This document shows positions 29,901 through 39,825 of a stretch of DNA of 64,000 bases, piece by piece. Positions within the stretch are counted from its first letter, which is position 1; each line of letters starts with the position of its first letter. The position numbers and the translations under genes were made by a program. The stretch lies in the NCBI GenBank assembly GCA_963836075.1, contig CAWIIB010000009.1:2368001-2432000 (forward strand), given 5' to 3'. Source of the stretch: an uncultured Acidobacteriota bacterium. GTDB lineage: Bacteria > Acidobacteriota > JAQAZP01. Below the pieces are notes generated by a model. The model was given only the letters and a program-made list of their open reading frames with translations, made no database searches and was not told where the DNA came from.

Positions 29901-31165
29901 TCGTTTCACCCGGCAGCCGGCTATTCAGACCGCCAGGTCCTGATACCCGTCGACAGGTGGCCGGTGCCCACCCAGAGCACGCCGCGGGAGTCCTCGAAGA
30001 TTCCCTGGACCACTCCGTAATCGAGAGAACCGGGATCGTCGGGATCATGGGTCTCCACGCGAAACTGGTTGGCGTCTGGATTGATCTTGTTCAAGCCGGC
30101 GTGCCAGCTACCACCCCAGACTATGCCCGCCGTGTCGCAATGGATGCTCAGCACGGGACCGTCGAGAACCGTATCGCCGTTTTCGGGGTCGTGATCGTAA
30201 TGCTGGAACCGGCCGGTGTCCGGCTCGAACCCGTACATGCCGTCCGCCGCACCGATCCAGAGCCGACCCGCCTGGTCATGATCGACACAGACGAGGTAGT
30301 TCTGGATGTGCTCGGGATCCTCCGGCAGGGGAACGATCGACGTGAATCCCTGCGTGGCCGGATTGAAACGGGCAAGCCCCTTGCGGGTGGCCACCCAGAT
30401 TCGCCCACGGTCGTCCTGGTGCAGGTAGGTGGCGAGGTCTGCCGGCAGACTGGCTGGATCGTCCGGATCATGGCGGAAGTGGTGCCAGCGGTCGGATCCC
30501 GGCTCCCGGTACGCCACGCCTGCCCCTTCGCTGGCCACCCACAAGCGCCCGGAGGCATCCATCATCACCCAGCTCAGCGTCGCATCAGGCGGTGCGCTGT
30601 CCACCGGCTCGCCGGGCTGAAGCCGGTGTTCCTGCACGGAACCGGCCTGCGGATCGATGGCCGCCAGCCATCCCTCGGCCGTGGCGGCCCAGACCGTGCC
30701 GTCCGATGCCTGGCAGAGGCTGTTCACCTGCACTCCACCCAGTCGGTGCTCCTCGGGGGAGTCCGGTCCCCAGTGGTCGAAACGCCCGGTATCGGGATGC
30801 AGCCGCCACAGTCCGGTGGAGAAGGTGCCGATCCAGATGTCCCCATCCCGGTCCTCGAACAGGGCGGTGGTGCCGAGGTTCTGGGGCCGGCCCGTGGATT
30901 CAAGGACCGGGGCGAATGGCACCAGTGATCGGCCGTCGTAGCGGACCAGGCCGTTTTGCGTTCCGAACCAGAGGAAGCCGAGACGGTCCTGGACCATGGC
31001 GCGCACGGAACTGTCGGGTAGACCGTCATCGACGGTCAGGTGCTCGAAACGGGGGGCGGCAGGCAATGTCTGCGCGGGGGCCGGGCTGCTGATCATCAGC
31101 AGCAGGATGACGAGGATGATCTTTCGGCCCGATCGGATGCTGTCCTGTCTAGCGATGTCACTCAT
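26956..31165 (-). CDS. Hybrid two-component system (beta-propeller sensor, YYY, TM, HisKA, HATPase, REC, AraC HTH), single frameshift near 29945
   Basis: Reg_prop repeats ([15 protein letters not shown]), [40 protein letters not shown] and [13 protein letters not shown]. ORFs 29921..31201 and 26956..30048 join. Confidence 0.93.
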
Positions 31166-32871
31166 CCACTCTTCTTCATCGCCTTCTCTATCTTGGCCCA
31201 ACTGTCGCGCAGGGTCACCGTGCGGTTGAACACCGGAGCTCCGGGCTTCGAATCGTGGCTGTCCGGACAGAAGTACCCCGTGCGCATGAACTGGCAGGCT
31301 GTGCCCGGTTCAAGCCGGGCCAGCGCCGGCTCCAGTTTACAACCGGTGAGCACTTTCAGCGAGTCGGGGTTCAGCTCCGATTCGGCGCCATCCTCGGCCT
31401 CGGCCAGCAGGTGGTCGAAGAGCCGCACCTCGGCATCCACCCCGTGCTGCGCCGAGACCCAGTGCAGGGTCCCCTTGACCCGCCGGCCGTCCTCGGTCCC
31501 GCCGCCGCGGGATGCGGGGTCGTGGGAGCAGTGCAATTCCACGATCTCGCCGTTGTCGTCCTTGACCACCTTCTCACAGGTGATGTAGTAAGCGTGCTTC
31601 AGCCGCACCTCGCGCCCCGGGGACATGCGGAAGAATTTCTTTGGCGGGTCCTCGAGGAAATCACTGCGCTCGACCCAGACCTCCCGCGAGAAGGGCACCA
31701 TGCGGGTGCCGGCATTTTTGTCCTCGGGGTTGTTCTCCGCCTCCAGCTCTTCCACCTGCCCCTCGGGGTAGTCGGTGATCACCACTTTCAGCGGTTCGAG
31801 CACCGCCATGAAGCGCGGCGCCCGCTTGTTCAGGTCCTCGCGGATGTGATACTCCAGCAGGGCCACGTCCACCTCGCTGTCCCGCTTGGCCACCCCGATA
31901 CGGTCACAGAAGGCGCGGATCGCCTCCGGGGTGTAGCCCCGTCGGCGCAGACCGCAGATGGTGGGCATTCGCGGGTCGTCCCAACCGTCCACCACCCCGT
32001 CCTCCACCAGCTTGAGCAGCTTGCGTTTACTCATCAGCGTGCGGCTGAGATTGAGCCGGGCGAACTCGATCTGTTTCGGGACGTGGGGCACGTCCAGCCG
32101 GTCGATGAACCAATCATAGATCTCGCGGTTGTTCTCGAACTCCAGGGTGCAGACCGAGTGCGTGATCCCCTCCAGGGCGTCGGAGAGGCAGTGGGTGAAG
32201 TCGTACATCGGGTAGATGCACCAGGCGTCGCCGGTGCGGTAGTGGCTCTGGTGGCGGATGCGGTAGATCAGCGGGTCGCGCATCTTCATGTTCGCCGCCG
32301 CCATGTCGATTTTCGCCCGCAGCACGTGGGCCCCGTCGGGAAACTCACCGGCCCGCATGCGGCGGAAGAGGTCGAGGTTCTCCTCCACCGGGCGGTGGCG
32401 GTGCGGGCTCTCGGTGCCGGCCTGCTTCACCGTGCCGCGATACTGCCGGATCTCCTCCTCGCTGAGGTCGTCCACGTAGGCCTTGCCCTTCTGGATCAGC
32501 TCCTCGGCGAACTGGTAGAGCCGCTCGAAGTAGTCTGAAGCGTGGTAGAGGCGGTCCTGCCAGTCGAAGCCGAGCCAGTGCACGTCCTCCTTGATCGACT
32601 CCACGTATTCCACGTCCTCGGTTTCGGGGTTGGAGTCGTCAAAACGCAGGTTGCACAGCCCGCCATACTCGGCGGCGATGCCGAAGTTAAGGCAGATCGA
32701 CTTGGCATGGCCGATGTGCAGGTAGCCGTTTGGTTCAGGGGGAAAGCGGGTGTGCACCCGTCCGTCGTTTATTCCCCTGGCCAGGTCGTCGGCCACCCGG
32801 GCCCGGATAAAGTCGAGCTGGGCGTTTTCGTCGGTTACGGTTTTTTTATCGTTGTCCTTTTCGGAACTCAT
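31162..32871 (-). CDS. glnS: Glutamine--tRNA ligase
   Basis: [27 protein letters not shown] and VKGTLHWVS motifs. Confidence 0.97.
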   Translation of the reverse strand: MSSEKDNDKKTVTDENAQLDFIRARVADDLARGINDGRVHTRFPPEPNGYLHIGHAKSICLNFGIAAEYGGLCNLRFDDSNPETEDVEYVESIKEDVHWLGFDWQDRLYHASDYFERLYQFAEELIQKGKAYVDDLSEEEIRQYRGTVKQAGTESPHRHRPVEENLDLFRRMRAGEFPDGAHVLRAKIDMAAANMKMRDPLIYRIRHQSHYRTGDAWCIYPMYDFTHCLSDALEGITHSVCTLEFENNREIYDWFIDRLDVPHVPKQIEFARLNLSRTLMSKRKLLKLVEDGVVDGWDDPRMPTICGLRRRGYTPEAIRAFCDRIGVAKRDSEVDVALLEYHIREDLNKRAPRFMAVLEPLKVVITDYPEGQVEELEAENNPEDKNAGTRMVPFSREVWVERSDFLEDPPKKFFRMSPGREVRLKHAYYITCEKVVKDDNGEIVELHCSHDPASRGGGTEDGRRVKGTLHWVSAQHGVDAEVRLFDHLLAEAEDGAESELNPDSLKVLTGCKLEPALARLEPGTACQFMRTGYFCPDSHDSKPGAPVFNRTVTLRDSWAKIEKAMKKSG

Positions 32872-32968
32872 GGCCTTTGGAACCTCTGTTGCGCTTTGGA
32901 TGCACCCGTGGGTAGTTAGATCGATGCTGGTTGGCGCTGAAATTCTAGCATATCCGAGGGGCTGCGGG

Positions 32969-33766
32969 TCAGTCCAGATCCCCGGCGTCGCGGGCGCAGC
33001 GGAAACCGACGGCGATATCGACCCAGTTGGACGGCAGGCCGTTGCGGAAGTGCAGGGGTGTGCAGCCCGGGCCGGTATGCCAGCCCCCGCCGCGGATCAC
33101 CCGGAAACGGCCCTTTTCCGGGCCCAGGGGGTTGGCCGCCGGGGAGACGTCGTAGTAGCCGGCGTCGTAGCGGTCGATGACCCACTCGCTGACATTGCCG
33201 GACATGTCGTGGAGCCCGAAGCCGTTGGGCGGGTAGCTCTCCACTTCCACCGGCGCCTGGTGCTCCGACTTGGCATAGTTGGTGTGCGTGGCGTCGACCT
33301 CGTCACCCCAGTAAAACTTCCGGCCATTGACTCCGCCCCGGGCGGCGCGCTCGAACTCCGCTTCGGAAGGCAGCCGCTTGCCGATCCATTTGGCGTAGTC
33401 CCTGGCGTCCGACCAGCTGACCCCCACCACCGGATGGCGGGGCCAGTCCGGGCCGCTGCGGTAGCGGTCCATGCCCCAGAATTCGGGGAGTTTGCGGTCA
33501 GTGGCCTGGCAGAAAGCCTGGTACTGGGCGTTGGTCACCTCGTGGCGGTCGATGTAGTAGGCGTCGAGGTGGACTGTGTGCGGCGGGCTGGCACTGCCCT
33601 CGCCCTCCACGCCCATCACGAATTCGCCGGCCGGGATGAGGACTTCGGGTGTGGGGGCCGGTGGTGCCGCGGGAATGCCGCTGGTAACCCTCCTGGCCCC
33701 GCCGCAACCAGCGGCGGCCAGGGCCAGTAAAAGAACCAGCAGTGGTTTGATCAGCTTCAGTGCCAT
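32969..33766 (-). CDS. FGE-sulfatase (SUMF1-like) domain lipoprotein
   Basis: Lipobox LAAAGC; [33 protein letters not shown] and GFRCA motifs. Lacks the catalytic Cys pair of true FGE. Confidence 0.9.
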   Translation of the reverse strand: MALKLIKPLLVLLLALAAAGCGGARRVTSGIPAAPPAPTPEVLIPAGEFVMGVEGEGSASPPHTVHLDAYYIDRHEVTNAQYQAFCQATDRKLPEFWGMDRYRSGPDWPRHPVVGVSWSDARDYAKWIGKRLPSEAEFERAARGGVNGRKFYWGDEVDATHTNYAKSEHQAPVEVESYPPNGFGLHDMSGNVSEWVIDRYDAGYYDVSPAANPLGPEKGRFRVIRGGGWHTGPGCTPLHFRNGLPSNWVDIAVGFRCARDAGDLD

Positions 33767-33796
33767 CCTGTGTCCTCGCCCCGGAAACGGCCGCCG

Positions 33797-34375
33797 CTAC
33801 TTGCCCAGCACCCCTTCCCTGAGATCCTTGTTAGGGGGCTCCTTGCCGAGCCAGATCAGGAGCAGCGCGGACTGGAACTCCCGGCCGGTGATCGTTCCCT
33901 TCACTTCCCCTTTTACGGAAACGGTCACTGTTTCATCCAGAAACTCGAGGACCATCTGCTCGCCCTCTTCCATGGAGGCCTGCATCCCGTGAAACTGGTG
34001 GATCTGATCCTTGATGGAATCGATACTGTCGGTGTTTTTCTCGAAGCCCTCCTGCCAGGCGTCCTGCAGATCCGACTCGGCCACCGCGCGGACAAAGTGC
34101 ATCACGATCTTCTTGGCCTGGTCCGAGGCGGCGATGGCCGGCCCGTCCTTGCTCTTCTCTTCCAGGTAGAGGCCCATCACGTAGACCTTGACCTTGAGGA
34201 AGGTGGCCTTGCGGGTGCCCATGCCGTTGAGCACCAGGTCCTTGCCTCCCACTTCAGCCGTTTCGGGCATGGTGATGCCGTCGAGGGTGCCGCAGAGGGC
34301 CGGCAATGGCTGGAACATCGAGAAGGCAATACAGATGGCGAGCAGGGTCAATCCTGAACGGGTGAAGAGCTTCAT
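33797..34375 (-). CDS. Periplasmic chalcone-isomerase-like protein
   Basis: Signal peptide; LVLNGMGTR, KVYVMGLYL and IWLG..P...L motifs. Confidence 0.85.
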   Translation of the reverse strand: MKLFTRSGLTLLAICIAFSMFQPLPALCGTLDGITMPETAEVGGKDLVLNGMGTRKATFLKVKVYVMGLYLEEKSKDGPAIAASDQAKKIVMHFVRAVAESDLQDAWQEGFEKNTDSIDSIKDQIHQFHGMQASMEEGEQMVLEFLDETVTVSVKGEVKGTITGREFQSALLLIWLGKEPPNKDLREGVLGK

Positions 34376-34511
34376 GGCACCGGCCTCCCTGGCCCCCGCG
34401 GGGGCAGCTGGGTCAGATAGGAAGATCATCCGACGTGTTACCAGAGGTGAAATACGGTTGGATCCACTGAGGCTACTATATCTTCAACAGTCCGGGTTGT
34501 CATGTCCACTC

Positions 34512-34597
34512 TTGGGGTCAGGTCCTGAAAACTGACATTTTTCAGTGGCGTGGCGAGAGAATTGTCACTTTTCGGGACCTGACCCCCAAAAGTGACA
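34512..34597. repeat. Composite inverted repeat with GGACCTGACCCC cores
   Basis: TTGGGGTCAGGTCCTGAAAACTGACA (34512-34537) pairs with TGTCACTTTTCGGGACCTGACCCCCAA (34563-34589). The right copy is itself a hairpin (TGTCACTTTT...AAAAGTGACA). Confidence 0.75.
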
Positions 34598-35020
34598 AAG
34601 GCGGTGGTAGTACTGCAGGCTCCCGGCGAAGAGCGCCGTGCCGATGGCCGCGTAGAGCACGGCCAGGACGGGGCGGGGCAGGGGCGAGTGGCGCAGGGCC
34701 AGACCCATGGCGATCATCAGGGCCACCAGCAGCCAGCTGTGCCAGGCCTGGAAAGAGAAGAGGCATGGCCGCTCGCTGCTGCGGCAGATCCGCTCGATAT
34801 TCTTCCGCGCCACCCGGGAGAAGTTGAAGCGGTGGATCAGCAGGCCGAGGAGCAGACCCGCCAGGCCCAGCACCACCGACCAGGGCAACTGCATGTCGGC
34901 CAGCCAGCCCAGGGCCAGCCGGCCCAGCCCCAGGCCCACCATGGTCCAGACCAGCCCGGCCAGCACCAGCAGCCAGTGCCGGGGAACCGCAGGTTTCAGC
35001 CGGTGTCGAAGCATGTTCAC
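34565..35020 (-). CDS. Hypothetical 4-TM membrane protein
   Basis: Hydrophobic segments with KPAV, CLFSFQAW and LRHS motifs; codon usage matches neighbours. Confidence 0.75.
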   Translation of the reverse strand: MNMLRHRLKPAVPRHWLLVLAGLVWTMVGLGLGRLALGWLADMQLPWSVVLGLAGLLLGLLIHRFNFSRVARKNIERICRSSERPCLFSFQAWHSWLLVALMIAMGLALRHSPLPRPVLAVLYAAIGTALFAGSLQYYHRLCHFWGSGPEK

Positions 35021-35025
35021 CGCAG

Positions 35026-35061
35026 ATGCAACAAAAGGGGGCTGACCCCATTCTGTTGCAT
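35026..35061. repeat. Hairpin with a GGGGGCTGACCCC core
   Basis: ATGCAACA-AAAGGGGGCTGACCCCATTC-TGTTGCAT. Confidence 0.7.
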
Positions 35062-35075
35062 TTTCTCATTTTGTT

Positions 35076-35684
35076 TCATCCGGTCACCCCCCGCCAGAGC
35101 TGGAACAGGGCAAAGCCGGCCAGGGCGGCGGCCGAAGCGCCCAGCAGCACCCGGGTCACTTTCGGCCCCAGGTCCCGCGCCTTGCCGAAGACAAGGATGA
35201 TCAGGGCGAAGGTCCCCACCAGCGTACCATAAAACCCGAACAAAAATCCGATCCCCCGGGAGGGCGCCGAGCGGAAGGCCTCGAGGAATAGTGGGCCGGC
35301 CACCAGGCTCCAGTAAATGTAAGGGCCGGGGCTGATGAAGTTCATCAGCACCGCCTTGGCCATGGTGGTCCCGCCGTGGTCCTGCCGGATCTCCTGTTGC
35401 TTTCTCGATTCGAGCCAGCTCTTGAACGCCCCCCAGGCCAGCCAGAGCAGAAAGAGGCCGCTGGCCAGGTGCAGTGCCCGCTGCAATGACGGGGGGATGC
35501 GGCTGAGCACCAGCAGTACCAGCAGGATGATCGGGCCGTCGCTGATCAGCGGGGCCAGGGAGATCCAGATGGAGCGGCGCCAGCCGTTCTTCAGTGTCTG
35601 GCCGATGGCAAAGGCCTGGAAAGGGCCCGGCTGCACCGCGCCGGCGAACCCCAGGCCGATTCCCTGGATGAGAGAGGCGATCAT
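35076..35684 (-). CDS. LysE family translocator
   Basis: QPGP, DGPII and NFISPGPYIYW motifs; about 6 TM segments. Confidence 0.85.
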   Translation of the reverse strand: MIASLIQGIGLGFAGAVQPGPFQAFAIGQTLKNGWRRSIWISLAPLISDGPIILLVLLVLSRIPPSLQRALHLASGLFLLWLAWGAFKSWLESRKQQEIRQDHGGTTMAKAVLMNFISPGPYIYWSLVAGPLFLEAFRSAPSRGIGFLFGFYGTLVGTFALIILVFGKARDLGPKVTRVLLGASAAALAGFALFQLWRGVTG

Positions 35685-37252
35685 CGTTCCTCCGGGGGTG
35701 TGGTGGCCGCCGCACCCAGCACCCAGGCCATGTCTGCACGCCACCGTTCCGGATCAGCCGCGGCCAGGGGCTGGTGCCCGGCTTCAGGGTATTCGGAGTA
35801 GCGCTTCGGTCCGGCCAGAGCATCATACAGCCGCTTCGATTCAACGGAGGAGACCCGCTGGTCGTTTGCACCGCAGAGAACCAGGGCCGGACAGCGGACC
35901 CGGGCGGCGTAGGTTGCCGGGTTGTGGCCAAAAGCGTTGAACCCGCCCCGCACTCCGCCCCAGAGGACCAGCAGCTCGGCCAGCGGCGACGGCGGAAGGC
36001 CCATGGCCCGGAACCGGCTGCGCACCGTGTTGAGCAGCGTGTCAAATGTGCTCTCCACCACCAGGGCCGCCGGTGCCGCCCCTTCGGCGGCCACGGCCCG
36101 GAGCAGTGCCGCCCCGCCCATGGAGAGCCCGTAGAGCAGCACCGGCCGGTCCGCCCACTGCTCGGCCGCGAAGTTGAAGGCCGCCGCCGCGTCCCCGCCT
36201 TCCCGGTAGCCGATGGTGGTGCCGCTGCCCGTGGAACCGCCCGAGCCGTAGAAGTCCACCAGCAGTACGCTGCAGCCCAGGGCGTGGAGGCGGGCAGCCG
36301 TGGGCAGCAGGTCCGCCTTGCACCCCGCGTAGCCGTGGAAGAGCAGGACCAGCACCCCATCGTCGTTCGGCCCGGGGATGTGCCACGCTTCCAGCTGGTG
36401 GCCGCCGCTGCCGGCGAAGCGGTGGGTCTCGAAGACCAGGCCCAGGTCTGCCGGGGTGGCGATGCCCGCGGGGCGGGGCACGGTGACTCCGGTGAGCAGA
36501 GTCCGGACCGTCTGGAGCGGGCCCAGACTCTCCGGAGGCGGAGTCCGCCCCCCCTGCTCCGCAAAGCGGGTCATCGCCCCGGCGTGGAGGAAGGCCGCGA
36601 GGTTCAGCGCCAGGAATGCCGCAGCCAGGGATGCAAACAGCAGCCGCCGGATCAGCCGCCAGCGGCCGCTGAGCGGCAGGGGGATGAGCATGGGGACTCT
36701 TTGCCGGTAGCGGCGGTACTGGTCACCGAACTCGGCGGTCAGTTTCCGTTCCTCCAGCAGGGTGCCCACCAGCAGGTAGGCGGTGAGGATCAGGTTGCTG
36801 ACCAGGGTGGCGGTATCGATGTCCCGCGCTGCGGACCAGAGGAAGAAGAGGGCGCCCAGATACCAGGGGTGCCGGGTGCGGCCAAGGATGCCGCTGTGGC
36901 TGATCTGTCCGTCACCACTCAGGGTAGCGCCGCTCCCCGCCCCGTCCAGGCCGAGGAACTGCCTCATGTCGTAGGCCCGCGCCCCGGCAAAGAAGAGGAG
37001 GCCGGCCGCGGCCAGCAGGCCCAGCCGCAGCGGCACGAGTATCCCCTCCCAGCTGAAGAGCAGGGTGGTCTGAAGTGATCTCTCATAGAACACCACGGCA
37101 GCGAGCGTGACCAGGGCGGTCAGGTTGTAGAAGACGCGGTAGAGGTGGAACCGGTCCCCCAGTTTCCGGCGGAGCCAGGCGGTCACCGGCCGGGCGATCA
37201 TCCCACTGTGCACCAGGCACCAGAGAACCCAGGCGACGACCAGCAGGGGCAC
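35681..37252 (-). CDS. Fusion of an ICMT/PEMT/nurim-like membrane methyltransferase domain and an alpha/beta hydrolase
   Basis: N-terminal half has RHPWY and EERKL...YRRYRQRVPMLIP. C-terminal half has FHGY, GLSMG, GANDQRV and AGH. Confidence 0.8.
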   Translation of the reverse strand: MPLLVVAWVLWCLVHSGMIARPVTAWLRRKLGDRFHLYRVFYNLTALVTLAAVVFYERSLQTTLLFSWEGILVPLRLGLLAAAGLLFFAGARAYDMRQFLGLDGAGSGATLSGDGQISHSGILGRTRHPWYLGALFFLWSAARDIDTATLVSNLILTAYLLVGTLLEERKLTAEFGDQYRRYRQRVPMLIPLPLSGRWRLIRRLLFASLAAAFLALNLAAFLHAGAMTRFAEQGGRTPPPESLGPLQTVRTLLTGVTVPRPAGIATPADLGLVFETHRFAGSGGHQLEAWHIPGPNDDGVLVLLFHGYAGCKADLLPTAARLHALGCSVLLVDFYGSGGSTGSGTTIGYREGGDAAAAFNFAAEQWADRPVLLYGLSMGGAALLRAVAAEGAAPAALVVESTFDTLLNTVRSRFRAMGLPPSPLAELLVLWGGVRGGFNAFGHNPATYAARVRCPALVLCGANDQRVSSVESKRLYDALAGPKRYSEYPEAGHQPLAAADPERWRADMAWVLGAAATTPPEER

Positions 37253-37258
37253 GGTTTC

Positions 37259-38005
37259 TCACTCCTTCCCGGCAGGCGGTTCCTCAGCCTCTGCATCCCA
37301 CAGCTGCTGGACCCACTTCACTCCCCGGCGCAGGGCCGGCGCAAAGGCGGCGGTGCTGTAGTGGGTCGGGCCGTCTTCCAGCACCACCAGCCTGGCGGTG
37401 ACGCCCCGCTTCTTCATCTCCTGCACCGCCTTTTTGGCCGGGCCCAGGTCGATCACCTGGTCCTGCCGGCTGTGAATGGCGTAGAGCGGGATGGTCACCG
37501 GCGGCCCCCCCGAGGGGCCTCCGGCCACCGGCAGGGCGGCGGAGAAGATCTCCGGGTGGCGCGCCGCCAGGTGCCACGTGCCCATACCGCCCATGCTGAA
37601 CCCGGTGACCACCACCCGTTGCGGGTCGGCGGGCCAGTTGTGGAGAGCATGCCGCACCAGGGCCAGGGCCGCCTGTTCGCTGGCCGGATCGCCCCAGCCG
37701 CGGCCCGGGCAGTCCGGAGCGATGATGATCGCCCCCAGCCGCTCGAACGCCGGCTCGGGCAGCATCTCCAGATAGGGCATGCTGAACCAGGGGGTCACCT
37801 CGCCGCCATAGTGCAGGGCGAGGACCAGGGGGACCGCAGAGCCTTTCTCCAGCTCTGGCACGGAGAGCGAGTAGCGGACCGTCTGTCCGCTCTCCAGGGT
37901 TAGGCTCATCCGGTGCCGGCCGGGACCGGGGATCAGGTTTTCTGCACGGCATGGCATGGCGCAGGCCAGCAGCGGCAGGAAGATCAGGATCACCACCAGC
38001 TTCAT
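37259..38005 (-). CDS. Exported phospholipase/carboxylesterase-type alpha/beta hydrolase
   Basis: Signal peptide; PLVLALH, TGFSMGG and HSRQDQV motifs. Confidence 0.85.
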   Translation of the reverse strand: MKLVVILIFLPLLACAMPCRAENLIPGPGRHRMSLTLESGQTVRYSLSVPELEKGSAVPLVLALHYGGEVTPWFSMPYLEMLPEPAFERLGAIIIAPDCPGRGWGDPASEQAALALVRHALHNWPADPQRVVVTGFSMGGMGTWHLAARHPEIFSAALPVAGGPSGGPPVTIPLYAIHSRQDQVIDLGPAKKAVQEMKKRGVTARLVVLEDGPTHYSTAAFAPALRRGVKWVQQLWDAEAEEPPAGKE

Positions 38006-38595
38006 GATTTTTCTTGCCCCTTTTCTCCGAGGATGATGCTCTCCAGCGACCTTTTGGGTACGTGGTGCGTGCCACCTTCATCCCGCCAGTATTTGATCCC
38101 GCCGTCTTCTCCCAGCGGGTCGATGACCACCTGCTCGGCCGGTTCGCCAATGGCGATCACCAGAAGGATTTTCAGGTTTTCAGGGATGCCCAGCGCCTCG
38201 GCCAGGGCCTCCCGTTTCACCGAGGCGACCATGCAGCCACCGAGGCCGCGCTCAACAGCGCCGAGGAGGATGCTCTGCGACGCGATGCCCAGGTCGCAGT
38301 CGGTCCAGCGGCCGGCATCCCGGCCGGCGGTCACCACGATGTAGGCCGAGGGCCGTTCCCCTTCGTCCGGTCCGGTCCAGTCCTTGAGGTAGCCGGCCCA
38401 GGCCAGATGGGGAAAGATCCTGGCATTGGTCTCCGTATCCGCGGACAGGGAGTAGCGCAGCGGCTGGAGGTTCATTGCCGAACCCGACTGCCGGGCCAGG
38501 TCCACCAGTTCCCTGAGGGTTGCCATGGCCACCTTTCGGGACTGGCGAAATCGGCGATAGCTGCGGCAGCGGCGAACCAGCTCGTCCATCTTCAA
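38002..38595 (-). CDS. Nitroreductase family protein
   Basis: RSYRRF, NLQP, WAGYL, GLGGC and HHVPKR motifs. Confidence 0.9.
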   Translation of the reverse strand: MKMDELVRRCRSYRRFRQSRKVAMATLRELVDLARQSGSAMNLQPLRYSLSADTETNARIFPHLAWAGYLKDWTGPDEGERPSAYIVVTAGRDAGRWTDCDLGIASQSILLGAVERGLGGCMVASVKREALAEALGIPENLKILLVIAIGEPAEQVVIDPLGEDGGIKYWRDEGGTHHVPKRSLESIILGEKGQEKS

Positions 38596-39530
38596 CCGTT
38601 TTCCCTCCCGGCCCGTGCCGCCGTCTCCATGGGGAGCAGGCTGGCATGGAGGAATGTGTTGGCCGGCACGGGCACCCCGGATTCCCGGCCCAGCCGCACC
38701 GTGGCGCCCACGTGGGCCTCCAGCTCCGACGGCCGGCCTTCCATGATGTCCCGCTGCATGGATGAGGTGGCCGCGGCCGGCAGGCCATCAAAGAAGTCGA
38801 GGGTTCTGGCCACCGCGTTGTCGGCCAGGGGCACCCCGCGGGCGGCGGCCAGCCGGTGCACTTCTTCCATGGCATCGGTGAGCAGCTGCCTGGTTTCCGG
38901 GATGCTCCTGACCAGGCCCACCGGCGAACGGGTCACCGCGCAGACCCCGGCGGTGGGGGAGACGAAGAGGAATTTCTCCCAGATGGAGGCATGGATGTTC
39001 TCCGGTCTGCGGGCGGTGATCCCGGCATGGGTGAAGGCCTGCACCAGCTCATCCACCCGCCGGCTGGGCCTGTTGTCCAGCTCACCCAGGGCGATGAACG
39101 GCTCCACCCCCAGGTGTTTGATGTGCCCGGGAGTTTCGGCCATGGCGATGATACGGCAGATGGCCCCCAGCACCCGTTCCCCGCCGTAGAGACCGGCCAG
39201 TTCCGTTTCCGATTCCACCCCGTTCTGCAGAGGGATCAGCGCTGTTTCCGGCCCCACCATGGGCCGGATCGATTCGGCTGCCGCGGCCAGCTGCCAGGTC
39301 TTGACCGTGAGCAGCACCGCGTCCACCGGACCGATGTCGTCGGGCCGGTGGGTGGTCTGGAGGCCGGCGAGGGACAGGTTGCCGTTGGGGCTGGCGATCC
39401 GCAGACCGTCCCTGCTGAGCGCCTCGAGGGTTTGCCCCCGGACAAGGAAAACAACGTCTTCCCCCGCCGCTGCGAGGCGTCCGCCAAAGTAGCCGCCCAC
39501 GGCGCCGGCCCCGATTACTGCGATACGCAC
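38592..39530 (-). CDS. panE: 2-dehydropantoate 2-reductase
   Basis: GAGAVGGYFG, PLQNG, WEKF and SSMQRD...PSELE motifs; GTG start with a GGAGG RBS. Confidence 0.92.
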   Translation of the reverse strand: MRIAVIGAGAVGGYFGGRLAAAGEDVVFLVRGQTLEALSRDGLRIASPNGNLSLAGLQTTHRPDDIGPVDAVLLTVKTWQLAAAAESIRPMVGPETALIPLQNGVESETELAGLYGGERVLGAICRIIAMAETPGHIKHLGVEPFIALGELDNRPSRRVDELVQAFTHAGITARRPENIHASIWEKFLFVSPTAGVCAVTRSPVGLVRSIPETRQLLTDAMEEVHRLAAARGVPLADNAVARTLDFFDGLPAAATSSMQRDIMEGRPSELEAHVGATVRLGRESGVPVPANTFLHASLLPMETAARAGRENG

Positions 39531-39531
39531 G

Positions 39532-39723
39532 TCAACGTCCTCCTGCTCTGTTTTTTCTCCGGGTGAAGCGCAGCCCGGACCAGGTGCTGTCGGTGGAGCA
39601 GACCTTGTAATCCACAAGCCCGGCGGCCGGCAACGTCTCGAATCCCGCATCCCGCAGCAGATTGACCTGGGCCCCGGCTTCAGTGGCGTTCCAGTGGAAG
39701 AGGTGTACGCGGTGGTGCGGCAT
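39532..39723 (-). pseudogene. 63-aa internally deleted remnant ending in a DUF3052-like C-terminus
   Basis: GLVDYKVCSTDSTWSGLRF follows a short N-terminus (RVHLFHWNATEA) directly. It has its own RBS, and its stop lies just before the panE start. Confidence 0.55.
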
Positions 39724-39825
39724 CGGGGCCTCCGGACCAGGGCTGAAACAGGTGGAAATCCCGTACGGGTGGATGAATCAATCATGCCTCAGCGGATCGC
39801 GGAAATCAAACGGCGGGCGGGTCCG

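Noticed and set aside
32969-33766. FGE-domain gene as a diversity-generating retroelement target or a true formylglycine-generating enzyme
   Set aside because: No reverse transcriptase or template repeat was seen in the window, and the catalytic Cys pair is absent.
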